A stretch of 64,000 bases of DNA from a virus (taxonomy: Duplodnaviria > Heunggongvirae > Uroviricota > Caudoviricetes): the IMG/VR virus record IMGVR_UViG_3300024265_000032. One strand, given 5' to 3'. The translations under genes were made by a program, and so were the position numbers. The notes beneath the pieces were generated by a model. It was not told the DNA's origin. It saw only the letters and a program-made list of their open reading frames with translations, and made no database searches. Of this stretch, positions 37,571 through 47,460 are shown piece by piece (position 1 is the stretch's first letter; each line of letters opens with the position of its first letter).

Positions 37571-38576
37571 GACTGCTTTTATCACTGGTGTGACAGGACA
37601 GGACGGTAGTTATCTGTCAGAGTTCCTATTAAATAAGGGATACAAGGTTTACGGCTTGATTCGTAGATCATCTGTCGATACGAAAGAGCGAATTCTCGAT
37701 TTCATGTATCATCCAAAGTTCGAGTTGGTTGAGGGAGACATAACCGACGCATCTTGTATGAACAGGTTGATTTCTGGAATTAAGCCAGATGAGGTGTACA
37801 ATCTGGCAGCTATGAGCCACGTTGGTGTTTCTTTTGACCAGCCCATCACAACCTGTCAGATAGATGCGATAGGCCCATTGAACATTCTTGAGGCAATCCG
37901 TCAGTCGTCGCCCCACAGCAAATTCTATCAAGCCAGCACGTCTGAACTATTTGGAGATACGAAGATCGCACCACAATCCGAACTAACTCCGATGACACCA
38001 AATTCTCCTTATGCAGTAGCCAAGCTCTATGCCCATCACCTAGTTGGCCTTTACCGTCGTGCCTATGGCATTTTCGCATGTGCCGGTATCCTGTTTAATC
38101 ACGAATCAGAGCGTCGTGGAGAAGCTTTTGTCACTCGTAAGATCACTAAGTACGTTGCAAGCTTGCGAAGTTGGATGGATAATAACGGAGGATTTCCAAC
38201 CAAGGATGTTGATATTCTTCCATTGGCCCTAGGGAATATAGAAGCCAAGAGGGATTGGTCCCATGCTCTAGACATGGTTCAGGGAATGTGGCTTATGATG
38301 CAGTGTGATGAGCCAAATGATTACGTTCTTGGCTCAGGCGAAGCCCATACCGTGAGAGAATTTTTGGAAATTGCTTTCAAATCAATAGGTCTTGATTACA
38401 GGGATTACGTAGTGATTGATCCTCAGTTTTATCGTCCAGTCGATGTTAATCTTTTACACGCAGATGCAACCAGAGCTAAGGAAGTTTTGGGATGGCAACC
38501 AACAATTGGTTTCGGAGAAATGATAGATCGGATGGTTCAGAGTGATTATGGATCGAGGATAGAATGTCGCGCCTAA
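37542..38576 (+). CDS. gmd: GDP-mannose 4,6-dehydratase
   Basis: AFITGVTGQDGSYLSEFLL (NADP Rossmann), ...SELFG..., NSPYAVAKLYAHHLVGLYRRAYGIFACAGILFNHESERRG (YxxxK and GMD-specific NHESERRG). Confidence 0.9.
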   Translation: MKVTQEKTNKTAFITGVTGQDGSYLSEFLLNKGYKVYGLIRRSSVDTKERILDFMYHPKFELVEGDITDASCMNRLISGIKPDEVYNLAAMSHVGVSFDQPITTCQIDAIGPLNILEAIRQSSPHSKFYQASTSELFGDTKIAPQSELTPMTPNSPYAVAKLYAHHLVGLYRRAYGIFACAGILFNHESERRGEAFVTRKITKYVASLRSWMDNNGGFPTKDVDILPLALGNIEAKRDWSHALDMVQGMWLMMQCDEPNDYVLGSGEAHTVREFLEIAFKSIGLDYRDYVVIDPQFYRPVDVNLLHADATRAKEVLGWQPTIGFGEMIDRMVQSDYGSRIECRA

Positions 38577-39109
38577 TTTTACCCACATACACCGTCATCA
38601 GAGATACTCGTGAGCAGAAGGATCACGGATGGACGTTTCCTGCGCATCATCCGAATAGAAGACCGCCAAAGTGTGACGGGACAATTAGCGAAAAGTTGGA
38701 TACCGGAGACTATAGTATGGTAGGATATACCGACATATTCTCCATTGAGAGAAAGGCTGATTTTGCAGAACTTTGGCAGAATTACAGCAGCCAGAAGAGG
38801 CCAGCTTTTGAGGCAGAAATGAAACGCATGTCTCATATTAAACACAGATTCATTATTGTTGAATCGCTGTACACTCCAGATATCATGGAGTTATCTCCAC
38901 CGCAGTTTACGAAGGGTGTTCCTGGGAAATCTTTCGTCAGATGGTTGATGTACATATCTGTTAAGTATAATGTCAACATTATCCCAGCGGGGGCTTGTGG
39001 GAGAAAGATCGCACAAATGCTTTGTGAAGAAGTTGTGCGTGTGACTAAGGATCGTTGGGTTCTACAGGAACCAAAAAGCAAGGATCAGGAGGATTGTCTT
39101 GGTAACTAG
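38564..39109 (+). CDS. ERCC4 (XPF/Mus81/Hef)-type nuclease candidate
   Basis: IRDTREQ ... LDTGDY ... SIERKADFAEL = D-x-RE / GDY / ERKxxxD nuclease motifs. Confidence 0.5.
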   Translation: MSRLILPTYTVIRDTREQKDHGWTFPAHHPNRRPPKCDGTISEKLDTGDYSMVGYTDIFSIERKADFAELWQNYSSQKRPAFEAEMKRMSHIKHRFIIVESLYTPDIMELSPPQFTKGVPGKSFVRWLMYISVKYNVNIIPAGACGRKIAQMLCEEVVRVTKDRWVLQEPKSKDQEDCLGN

Positions 39110-41228
39110 TGCAAAATCGAATTCAGTCGTTAAAACAAAGGTGACCTTGGATGATTTGCTTCATGGTGATCAAGGCAAATTTGGACACATGTTCCCTTTT
39201 CGCGATCGTGTACCAGATATTGCTGATCATATCTTTACAGACCTGAAGAAGTCAAAGATACCATTGGATGAATTTGTAATCGACAAGATGTTGAATATTG
39301 ACTATATTGGTTGGACAGCAAAGGTGATGTTGAATCTCGATTTATTCCCTATTCAAATTGCAACTCTTCAGATCATGTGGAATACTCCATTCCCTATGTT
39401 GATAGCTTGTCGAGGTGGCAGTAAGACATTCATGCTTGCTGTGTATGCGCTTTTGCGAGCCGTATTTGATCCAGGTACTAAGATAGTGATTGTTGGTGCT
39501 GGTCTTAGACAGGCTCGATTGGTATTCAACGAAATAGAAGGTATTTGGAATCGATCTCCGATGCTAAGAGCAATTGTTGGTGGTGGCAAAAAGGCTGGAC
39601 CACGACAGAATGTAGACCTTTGTTATTTTCGCATTGGAGAATCTATCATCTACGCCTTGCCTATGGGTGATGGCACAAAGATTAGAGGTTTCCGTGCGAA
39701 TGTTGTTATTGCTGATGAGTTTGCTTCTATACCCGAAGATGTATTTGATATTGTTGTCCGTGGTTTTGCAGCTACCGCTAAGACCCCAGTAGAAGAAGCG
39801 AGGAAGAGGGCTTTTGACGCGAAGCTCGCCCAGCTTGATATACCATCAGACATAAGGAAGAAGCTAGTCACAGATGACGGAAAGATGCATGGTAATCAAA
39901 TTGTTTATTCAGGTACTGCATATTATGCTTTCAATCACTTCTGCAAGAAGTATGAAATGTGGCAAGAGATCATAAAGAGCCAGGGTGATCCAGAGTTAGT
40001 ATCACAGATTTTTGGTGGTGAGAATATGGTACCTGATGGTTTCAGTTATAAAGACTATGCTATCATTAGAATTCCCCACACTCATCTGCCAATAGGATTG
40101 TTGGATGATAGACAGTTAGCTCACGCCAAAGCTACGCTTCCAAGGAACATTTACTTGATGGAGTACGGTGCTGTTTTCGTGAAGGATTCCGATGGATTCT
40201 ATCCAAGAAGTCTGGTGGAGGGATGTACTGTCGGACCGAACAAACCAATTGCGACTCCAGATGGTGATGTAACATTTACACCATACATGAGAGCAGAATC
40301 AAAGCGTACATACGTAGTTGGTATTGATCCTGCTGCCGAACGAGATAACTTGGCTATAGTCGTGATAGAAGTACGTGCTAATCATTACCGAGTGATACAT
40401 TGTTGGGTTGTCAACAAAAAAGAATTCACGAACAGGAAGAAGCGCGGACTTATTACGGACGATGACTATTATGCATATTGTTGTTCTCGGATACGAGAAA
40501 TTGTGAGATTATTTAATCCTATTCGCATAGAGATGGATAGTCAGGGTGGTGGATATGCTGTTGCAGAGATGTTGCGGAACAAGAAATTGTTGGACATTAA
40601 AGATGGAGATTTCCCAATCTATGAAGTCATAGATTTTGACGAGCCTAAGTCTACGGATGGAGAAACTGACGGGCGGCATATTTTGCATCTGGTACAACAG
40701 AGTACGGAATTCAACCAGAATGCCAACATAGCGCTTCACAAAAGTCTTGAAACTCGCTCCCTTTTGTTTCCAGCTTTTGACAGCGTAAAAATGTATGCAG
40801 CAATTGAAGCGGAAAAATCGATGGGTGTTGTGTTTGACACATACGAGGATTGTGTGTTTAATATAGAGGAACTGAAAAACGAACTTTGCACCATCCAAAT
40901 GACCGAAACTGCTACTGGCAAGGAAAGATTTGATACACCACAAGTAATTCAGCACGGTGTTGTCGAAGGTCGTTTACGAAAGGGTAGATTGAAAAAAGAC
41001 AGGTACACTGCACTTCTTCTGGCTCACAAATACATTTATGACGAAAGTATCTCCGAAGGTGAAGAGATAGATTACAACGATGTGGCTGGAAACATCGAAA
41101 AACGTTCCAAGACGCCAGATAAAGACGAGCCTATGTACCGGGGTCCAGGTCTTGGTCGAATGCATAATGCACAAGGGGCTCGTGGCGGGGGTCTTTTCAA
41201 AGCCGTGAAGCGTGGTAAGCGTCTCTAG
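39099..41228 (+). CDS. terL: terminase large subunit
   Basis: Walker A-like ACRGGSKTFM, Walker B VVIADEFASI, C-terminal RNaseH-like nuclease VVGIDPAAERDNLAIVVIE; followed by portal. Confidence 0.85.
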   Translation: MVTSAKSNSVVKTKVTLDDLLHGDQGKFGHMFPFRDRVPDIADHIFTDLKKSKIPLDEFVIDKMLNIDYIGWTAKVMLNLDLFPIQIATLQIMWNTPFPMLIACRGGSKTFMLAVYALLRAVFDPGTKIVIVGAGLRQARLVFNEIEGIWNRSPMLRAIVGGGKKAGPRQNVDLCYFRIGESIIYALPMGDGTKIRGFRANVVIADEFASIPEDVFDIVVRGFAATAKTPVEEARKRAFDAKLAQLDIPSDIRKKLVTDDGKMHGNQIVYSGTAYYAFNHFCKKYEMWQEIIKSQGDPELVSQIFGGENMVPDGFSYKDYAIIRIPHTHLPIGLLDDRQLAHAKATLPRNIYLMEYGAVFVKDSDGFYPRSLVEGCTVGPNKPIATPDGDVTFTPYMRAESKRTYVVGIDPAAERDNLAIVVIEVRANHYRVIHCWVVNKKEFTNRKKRGLITDDDYYAYCCSRIREIVRLFNPIRIEMDSQGGGYAVAEMLRNKKLLDIKDGDFPIYEVIDFDEPKSTDGETDGRHILHLVQQSTEFNQNANIALHKSLETRSLLFPAFDSVKMYAAIEAEKSMGVVFDTYEDCVFNIEELKNELCTIQMTETATGKERFDTPQVIQHGVVEGRLRKGRLKKDRYTALLLAHKYIYDESISEGEEIDYNDVAGNIEKRSKTPDKDEPMYRGPGLGRMHNAQGARGGGLFKAVKRGKRL

Positions 41229-41232
41229 AGTA

Positions 41233-41244
41233 ATGGTGTATAAT
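41233..41244 (+). promoter_or_regulatory. TGTGTATAAT-family promoter-like motif (GGTGTATAAT)
   Basis: taatggtgtataatcaattg between terL and portal. Confidence 0.4.
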
Positions 41245-41296
41245 CAATTGTATCGTTATTGGAATGTAATGGTATTGATTTCGCAAGGGGGAATAG

Positions 41297-43435
41297 ATGG
41301 CAAAGAAAAGTCCTGTTAAAAAAACCAAAACTCCTGTTCAGGATCATCTCTACACACAGGGTGTTGGCGGAATAAGGGATTACATCCTTCCAGATACATG
41401 CCATTTGAACAAAGGTATTCCACAGAGAGCAATAGCGGCAGATGTAAATAAGCGATCAGGACACAATAGGCACAATTACGATACACAACGTCCAAACGAT
41501 AAGTTGCCGGTTAAGCACAATGAAATTATTCTCGCATGTCAGTCTGTCTATCGTAAGGTGGGTATGGTTCGTAATATCATAGACCTGATGACAGATTTTG
41601 CAGCAGAAGGACTAGAATTACAGCATACGACCAAAAGTCAAGAAAGATTTTATCGAGAGTGGGCCAGGAAAGTGAATCTAAATGGTAGGGCTCACGACTA
41701 CATGAAGCTTTTGATGAGAGATGCGAATGTCATTGTCCGTCGACAAAATGCACTCATCTCCAGACCGGTTATCAAGGAGATGTCGAAGGCTGACGCTTCT
41801 GTTAATCCTATTGGTTTGGTAGACGAAACATTTGTACCAGAAAAGCCACAAAAAATCACCAAACTCAACAAGAAAACAAATCGTAGAGAGATTCCATGGA
41901 AATACACTTTTCTTTCTCCTGTCGTCATAGAGAAGATTGGTGGAGAGCTTGGTCGGTTTTTTGGTTCTGATACTCTCGGTATGCGGATACCAACGGCATT
42001 GCGGAATTCGATAAGGGCTCCAAAAACCAAGGCGGAAAAAGCGTATGTCAGTGAACTTCCGCCAGAAGTTGTTCGCGCAGCGAAGAAAACCGGCGGTCTT
42101 GTCAAGCTGGATATGGATAAGATTCATGTCGATTATTACAAGAAAGACGACTGGGAAGAATGGGGTACTCCATTTCTGTACGGCGTTCTTGAAGACGTGA
42201 TGTTCAAGGAAAAAATGCGTCTTGCTGATATGGCAGCACTCGACGGAGTGATTAATGTCATTCGTTTGTGGAAATTGGGCAATTCAGATCAGCAAATTCT
42301 TCCTACGCCAGCAGCGGTTGATAAGCTTATCGATATTCTTCAGCACAATGTCGGCGGCGGGGTTATGGACCTTGTGTGGGACGACATGATTGATCTTCAT
42401 GTTGAATACCCTCCTACCGACAAGATTCTTGGACCAGACAAATATATCAGTGTCAATAGTGACATTGTTCGCGGCATAGGTATTCCAGACTCTCTTATTG
42501 GAGGCGCTGACCTTGGAACACGTAATGCTCAGTCCGCATTTGTGCAACTAAAAACACTGGTAGAAAGGCTTGAATATGTCCGAAGTCGGGCTATAAGATG
42601 GATGCAAAACGAACTTCGTCTGGTGGCCAACGCCATGGGATTCAAAAAGATTCCAGCAATAAGTTTCGGTGTTATGTCATTGCGAGACGAAGCAGCAGAA
42701 AAGCAGTTGATGATTCAACTACTGGATCGCGGTATAATTTCGTCAGAGAAGGTTTCTGAAGCGTTTGGAACGAACTTTATGATAGAACTTGAAAGACTGA
42801 AGTTGGAGCAAGCATTCAGAGAAGAAAACCCAGGTGTCTTGGAACGATCCGATCCATACAACCGCCCATTTACGATGCTAGAAAAACAAAACGAACTAGC
42901 CATCAAGCTTGAAAAGGTTAAGATCAATGGTAAGAATGTTGATGGTGGAGATAATGGTGGTGGAGATAATCCCAGTGGAGATCAGCCGAGAAATGATGGC
43001 AATAATTCACCAGGAAGACCGCCGTCAACAAAAGACACTGCCCCAAGAGACGAACGAACGCCAAAGACACAATCTGTTCTAATGGTTGTAGCTGATAGTT
43101 TTCTGGATCAAATCGGAGAGTTGGTAGATGGTCCGTATATGAAACAATGGAAGATAAGGGGCAGACGATCTCTGACGAAAGCAAGGAAAGATGAGTTGGA
43201 GCGAGTTAAGCGTGGTATCTTGTCCGTCTTGCGTCCCGGAGATACGGTAACTAAGAAGCTAATAGCCGAAAGACTTGAGATGAGTGTTGCCACACGAAAC
43301 AGTTCTCGTCAAATGGAAAGTAATTTTGGTGATCTTGTAGAGTATTTTACATCATCTACGAAAAAGACACCGAATACTAAAGAGCGCAGATCATTAACTA
43401 TTATGGCATGGGCTGCTGTAGTGCCTATCAACTAA
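41297..43435 (+). CDS. portal protein (candidate)
   Basis: 712 aa immediately after terL; Gly/Asn/Asp-rich C-terminal region. Confidence 0.6.
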   Translation: MAKKSPVKKTKTPVQDHLYTQGVGGIRDYILPDTCHLNKGIPQRAIAADVNKRSGHNRHNYDTQRPNDKLPVKHNEIILACQSVYRKVGMVRNIIDLMTDFAAEGLELQHTTKSQERFYREWARKVNLNGRAHDYMKLLMRDANVIVRRQNALISRPVIKEMSKADASVNPIGLVDETFVPEKPQKITKLNKKTNRREIPWKYTFLSPVVIEKIGGELGRFFGSDTLGMRIPTALRNSIRAPKTKAEKAYVSELPPEVVRAAKKTGGLVKLDMDKIHVDYYKKDDWEEWGTPFLYGVLEDVMFKEKMRLADMAALDGVINVIRLWKLGNSDQQILPTPAAVDKLIDILQHNVGGGVMDLVWDDMIDLHVEYPPTDKILGPDKYISVNSDIVRGIGIPDSLIGGADLGTRNAQSAFVQLKTLVERLEYVRSRAIRWMQNELRLVANAMGFKKIPAISFGVMSLRDEAAEKQLMIQLLDRGIISSEKVSEAFGTNFMIELERLKLEQAFREENPGVLERSDPYNRPFTMLEKQNELAIKLEKVKINGKNVDGGDNGGGDNPSGDQPRNDGNNSPGRPPSTKDTAPRDERTPKTQSVLMVVADSFLDQIGELVDGPYMKQWKIRGRRSLTKARKDELERVKRGILSVLRPGDTVTKKLIAERLEMSVATRNSSRQMESNFGDLVEYFTSSTKKTPNTKERRSLTIMAWAAVVPIN

Positions 43436-43493
43436 ACACACGGTAACAAGAATTAATGGAGTTTTGTGGACAGGGTTTGTATTTTAAGGGGGA

Positions 43494-43829
43494 ATGGTTA
43501 TGGCAATTGTAAATGTTTCGTTGGATACGGAAACTAGAGCAACAGTGCTCACTATCAATGGTATTCTGGTACCATCTACCGATTATCTGATCGAGAGATA
43601 TGTTTTTGATGGTGAAGAATTTATTCGATTTTCCTACACAGTCGAGAATACCGTTGACGGTATGCAAGAAAGACGACAATTCTTTCTTCCTGATCCTGAT
43701 GCGAAAGATGTTGCTGCGGTTGCTTCGGTCGACGAGAGAGGATTCGTTTCCAAGATTCTTCACAATGACGACAAAGCCAAGGCTGATATTGTTGATTATC
43801 TGAATAAAAATCGCAATAGTACTCAGTAG
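43494..43829 (+). CDS. hypothetical head-module protein (111 aa)
   Basis: strong GGGGGAATGGTT-ATG RBS. Confidence 0.55.
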   Translation: MVMAIVNVSLDTETRATVLTINGILVPSTDYLIERYVFDGEEFIRFSYTVENTVDGMQERRQFFLPDPDAKDVAAVASVDERGFVSKILHNDDKAKADIVDYLNKNRNSTQ

Positions 43830-43883
43830 GATATCGTGAAAGGTCTTTTTTGTATCTGATTTCGTGTAGTTTATATTCAAGGT

Positions 43884-43893
43884 TGTGTATAAA
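43884..43893 (+). promoter_or_regulatory. TGTGTATAAA promoter-like motif embedded in inverted repeat CAAGGTT...AACCTTG
   Basis: ttcaaggttgtgtataaaccttgtg. Confidence 0.4.
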
Positions 43894-43907
43894 CCTTGTG
43901 ACTGGAG

Positions 43908-45395
43908 GTGTTTGTGCGAATATATGAAGCAGAAAAACAGGCTGGTATCAACTTTGAGGATCATGCTGCTTCTGCATTTGTTACTGCACAGGTCAAAATT
44001 GGCGATATAGAGAAACAATTTGACGGCATGTCTGTTGCTGATCTGATGGAAGCAACTGACACTGTACAAACTGTTGAACAACTTCTTGGACAGAAACAGC
44101 CAGATTTGGCTTTAGTTGTGTCTATTCTCGTTAGCACAGGCTGGAATCGCAATGACGATATTTTCACTCCAGAAGAAGTTTGGGCCGCGAGACTATCTCC
44201 ACTTCATAAGCCAATGAATGATAATCACGATGCGACCAAGATTCTTGGGCATATTGTTCAAACTCGGGCGCTTGACAAAGAAGGCAATGAAATTGACGGA
44301 AATGAAACTCCACCGTCTGAATTTGATCTAGAAGTTGCAGGCGTACTTTACAGGCAATTCGACGAATTGAGAAACCGCGTTGATGATATAATTACGAAAT
44401 CCAATGCTGGTGAAATGTTTGTTTCTATGGAAGCTTGGTTCCCAGATTTTGGATACGGCCTGACTAACGAATCAACAGGCGTTACCAAATTAATCGACCG
44501 TACAGAAGCTACTGCGTTTTTGACCAAGCACTTGAGAATTTTTGGTGGTAGTGGCGAATATCAAGGATTCAAAGTCGGTAGAGTTTTGAAAGACATGATT
44601 TTTGGTGCTCAGGCTTTTGTCGATGGTGGTCAGAAGCCTGCTAATCCAGAATCTGTGATTAAGGTAGCGGCAGCGAAAAACGCCGCTTCAGGTGATTTTG
44701 TGGCTGCTAATTTGAGTGATCTATTGGAAGGGGGTGTAGAAGACGTGGACGAAAAAGAATTGAAGGTACTCCAGGAGAAGTTGGATGACACTGTTGCAAG
44801 TTTGGCGACTAAGGTGCAAGAAGTTACCGATTTGCAGAAAGCTGCTGATGAGGTGAAGGCCAGTGATTTTGAGGGGCAAATTGCCGCTCTCAATACCAAG
44901 GTTGAGGAACTGACTGCCAGTTCGACAGAGGTATCTGATAAGGTGACTGTTATTGAAGCTGAGAAGGCAGAGCTTCAGAAGCAACTTGCCGAGGTGACAG
45001 AACGTGCTGACAAAAGTGTTGCGGAACTCGATGAGATTCGTAAGACAGAAACGGCTCGTGATCGCATGAAGAAACTGTGCGGGGTTAAGGAAGTTAAGGA
45101 CGAAGAGGCAACTCTTGCCGAACTTCGTGACATGGCTGACGAAACTTTCGAGGCAGTTTTGAAGTACGCTGGCGAAAAGAAGGTTGAAGCAACTGACACC
45201 ACTAAGTCGGAAGAGAAGACCGGTGACGAAGAGGCGGATGCAAGCGAAGCAACGGCTGCTTTGGACGATGTTGTGGAGAAAACTGGTGCTGAGTTGAATG
45301 TATCGACAGATACTGCTCAGACTGAGGAAGACGGATGGGCGTCTACAGCAGCAGCGCTGTGTGGACAAGAAGAGAAAGAAGAAGGGGGTGAATAG
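43908..45395 (+). CDS. scaffolding/prohead-core protein candidate (possibly protease-scaffold fusion) with acidic coiled-coil C-terminus
   Basis: position between portal and capsid; C-terminal 200 aa E/K/A-rich coiled coil. Confidence 0.5.
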   Translation: MFVRIYEAEKQAGINFEDHAASAFVTAQVKIGDIEKQFDGMSVADLMEATDTVQTVEQLLGQKQPDLALVVSILVSTGWNRNDDIFTPEEVWAARLSPLHKPMNDNHDATKILGHIVQTRALDKEGNEIDGNETPPSEFDLEVAGVLYRQFDELRNRVDDIITKSNAGEMFVSMEAWFPDFGYGLTNESTGVTKLIDRTEATAFLTKHLRIFGGSGEYQGFKVGRVLKDMIFGAQAFVDGGQKPANPESVIKVAAAKNAASGDFVAANLSDLLEGGVEDVDEKELKVLQEKLDDTVASLATKVQEVTDLQKAADEVKASDFEGQIAALNTKVEELTASSTEVSDKVTVIEAEKAELQKQLAEVTERADKSVAELDEIRKTETARDRMKKLCGVKEVKDEEATLAELRDMADETFEAVLKYAGEKKVEATDTTKSEEKTGDEEADASEATAALDDVVEKTGAELNVSTDTAQTEEDGWASTAAALCGQEEKEEGGE

Positions 45396-45397
45396 GG

Positions 45398-45880
45398 ATG
45401 GCTTTGAAACCAGATCGTGATTATAACGAGACAACTGACATTACTAACTTTTGGACTACAGTTGCTGCTGAAAAGGGTGGCATAGCTAGCGTAGTTACAC
45501 AAGGCTCCGGTGCTGCAATTGGTGTTAATCTTGCAGACGAAGCTAACGTGGTCGGCTATGTTGCGGCTATTACTGCTGGTATGGTACCCAAGGGTATTTT
45601 GCTTCAGACAGTAGCAGCAGCTATGAGTGCCACAAGAGACTTCCCGAATTTCGAGAACGGGGAAATTCGGCCAAGTGACAAGTGTACTCTAGTGACAAAG
45701 GGTTGGGTAGTTACAGATATGATTCCAGCAGGTATTACACCGACAGCCGGTGCTCCTGCCTATGTGGCTGCAAGTGGTAAGATAAGTTCCACGTCAGGAG
45801 CTTTGACGAGGCGAATTGGTCGGTTCGAGACGACTAAGGACGCTAATGGTTTTTGTAGAGTCTCGATTGACATCACATAA
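45398..45880 (+). CDS. head structural/decoration protein candidate (160 aa)
   Basis: GGGGGTGAATAGGG-ATG; Ala/Gly/Thr-rich. Confidence 0.5.
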   Translation: MALKPDRDYNETTDITNFWTTVAAEKGGIASVVTQGSGAAIGVNLADEANVVGYVAAITAGMVPKGILLQTVAAAMSATRDFPNFENGEIRPSDKCTLVTKGWVVTDMIPAGITPTAGAPAYVAASGKISSTSGALTRRIGRFETTKDANGFCRVSIDIT

Positions 45881-45894
45881 GGGGGTGAAGAAGA

Positions 45895-46920
45895 ATGAAG
45901 CGTAATGTAATTAAACCAACAACTGAGCAGGTTGAACTTCTGCGTCGGACTGGTTCCCAAAACAAGGCCGAAGCATTGGAAGCGATGCACTCTTTGGCTC
46001 AGGCTCTACAAGTTCCACTACGATCGGCGTTGCTTAATGGAGACATCCTGGGCGGCATCTTCGCACCTGAAGTCCTAGACCCAAGTGCGACTGCTGAATA
46101 TCCGCTGGATTTCTATCAGACAGCACAGGAGAATGACTATGTGGCATACATGATTCCAAGTGAAGGCGCGCTACCACAGAGAACCATCACTGGTGATGCT
46201 GTGACAGTTAGCACGTATGACGTTGGTAATGCCATCGACTGGCCGCTGAAGTATGCGACTTCCGCACGCTGGAACATCATAGCTCGCGCTATGGAGGTTC
46301 TTGAGGCCGGTTTCGTGAAGAAGATGAACACGGATGGATGGCGTGTCATCATAGCTGCTGGTACAGGTCGTACTGACTACAGCGGTGGGGCTCCACTGGT
46401 CTATGACAGTGCTGCAACTGCTGGTCAGTTCACGAAGCGTCTTGTTTCTCTGATGAAAACCACGATGACTCGTCTTGCTGGTGGAAACACCTCCAGTATT
46501 GGTCGCGGTCGTCTGACTGACCTTTTCATCAGTCCAGAAGCACTTGAGGACATTCGTGAATGGGACAAAGACGAAGTGGATGATTTCACTCGTCGGGAAA
46601 TTTTCACTGCTACAGATGAGGGTGGCCCAATGGCTCGCATCTATGGCGTGAATTTGCATCCGTTGGATGAACTTGGTGTTGGCCAGGAATTCCAGACGTA
46701 CTTTGCTACGCTCGGCGTTAGCATGGGTACTAGCGATGAGGAAATCGTCGTTGGTCTTGACCTGTCGCATGGTGACTCGTTTGTCATGCCAGTCAAGCGC
46801 GAATTGTCGATTTTCGAGGATGATATGCTGCACAGGCGTCAGAAAGCTGGCTTCTATGGGTGGCAGGAACACGGTTTCGCGGCTCTTGATGGACGAAGAG
46901 TTCTCATCGGCTCGTTCTAA
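45895..46920 (+). CDS. major capsid protein (HK97-fold candidate)
   Basis: 341 aa; GGGGGTGAAGAAGA-ATG; position after scaffold. Confidence 0.6.
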   Translation: MKRNVIKPTTEQVELLRRTGSQNKAEALEAMHSLAQALQVPLRSALLNGDILGGIFAPEVLDPSATAEYPLDFYQTAQENDYVAYMIPSEGALPQRTITGDAVTVSTYDVGNAIDWPLKYATSARWNIIARAMEVLEAGFVKKMNTDGWRVIIAAGTGRTDYSGGAPLVYDSAATAGQFTKRLVSLMKTTMTRLAGGNTSSIGRGRLTDLFISPEALEDIREWDKDEVDDFTRREIFTATDEGGPMARIYGVNLHPLDELGVGQEFQTYFATLGVSMGTSDEEIVVGLDLSHGDSFVMPVKRELSIFEDDMLHRRQKAGFYGWQEHGFAALDGRRVLIGSF

Positions 46921-47008
46921 ACCGTTGTCAACAAAAGGCTTACGTCTTTTGATATCTATGAGGGGAAAGGGTAAAACCTTTCCTCTCTTTTTTTATACCC
47001 AGGTTCTA

Positions 47009-47019
47009 TGGTGTATAAT
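47009..47019 (+). promoter_or_regulatory. GGTGTATAAT promoter-like motif followed by conserved 15-mer GTGAAAGGTCTTTTT
   Basis: atggtgtataatctagtgaaaggtctttttc. Confidence 0.45.
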
Positions 47020-47051
47020 CTAGTGAAAGGTCTTTTTCTCTTGGGGGCAAT

Positions 47052-47444
47052 ATGTCACTAAACAATACAGAAGTGAAGAAAGAGTATTCATTTGGCAAAA
47101 GCTGTGCTGAAGTGGCAGCATTAGATGGTTGTAGCGAAACATCTATGTACAACCGAATGAGAGATTTGGGGGTCACCATGAGAAGTCGTTCAGAAGCGAA
47201 TCAACTTTTCCCAAATTCTGTTTTCATACTGCTTTACAATCTTGGTCTTTCCACTTCTCAAATCGGGAGACTTTTGGGTGTAAATTCATCAACCGTGACT
47301 AAAAGACTACATCTTCTGAAGTTCCCTTTACGATCACGCCGTGTAGCTAGCCGCATACGATATACGGAAGAAGAGTTTAACCAATACTTTATGGTACCGG
47401 ATATTCTTGATCAACTCTCGAAATTGGTTTGTGCAACAGTCTAA
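47052..47444 (+). CDS. double-HTH DNA-binding protein (region-4-like HTH x2); candidate late regulator
   Basis: CAEVAALDGCSETSMYNRMRDLGV and LSTSQIGRLLGVNSSTVTKRLHLL. Confidence 0.5.
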   Translation: MSLNNTEVKKEYSFGKSCAEVAALDGCSETSMYNRMRDLGVTMRSRSEANQLFPNSVFILLYNLGLSTSQIGRLLGVNSSTVTKRLHLLKFPLRSRRVASRIRYTEEEFNQYFMVPDILDQLSKLVCATV

Positions 47445-47460
47445 CGTAGGAGGTTTCGAA

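Noticed and set aside
41678-42127. 149-aa and 135-aa minus-strand ORFs inside the portal gene
   Set aside because: They are antisense to a long, well-supported plus-strand gene.
44721-45434. 237-aa minus-strand ORF (also 44630..44899, 44975..45202)
   Set aside because: It lies antisense within the coiled-coil part of the scaffold-like gene. Low-complexity shadow ORFs are typical opposite E/K/A-rich coding sequence.
46171-46872. 233-aa minus-strand ORF
   Set aside because: It is fully antisense to the major capsid protein gene, which has a strong RBS and operon context. It is a shadow ORF.
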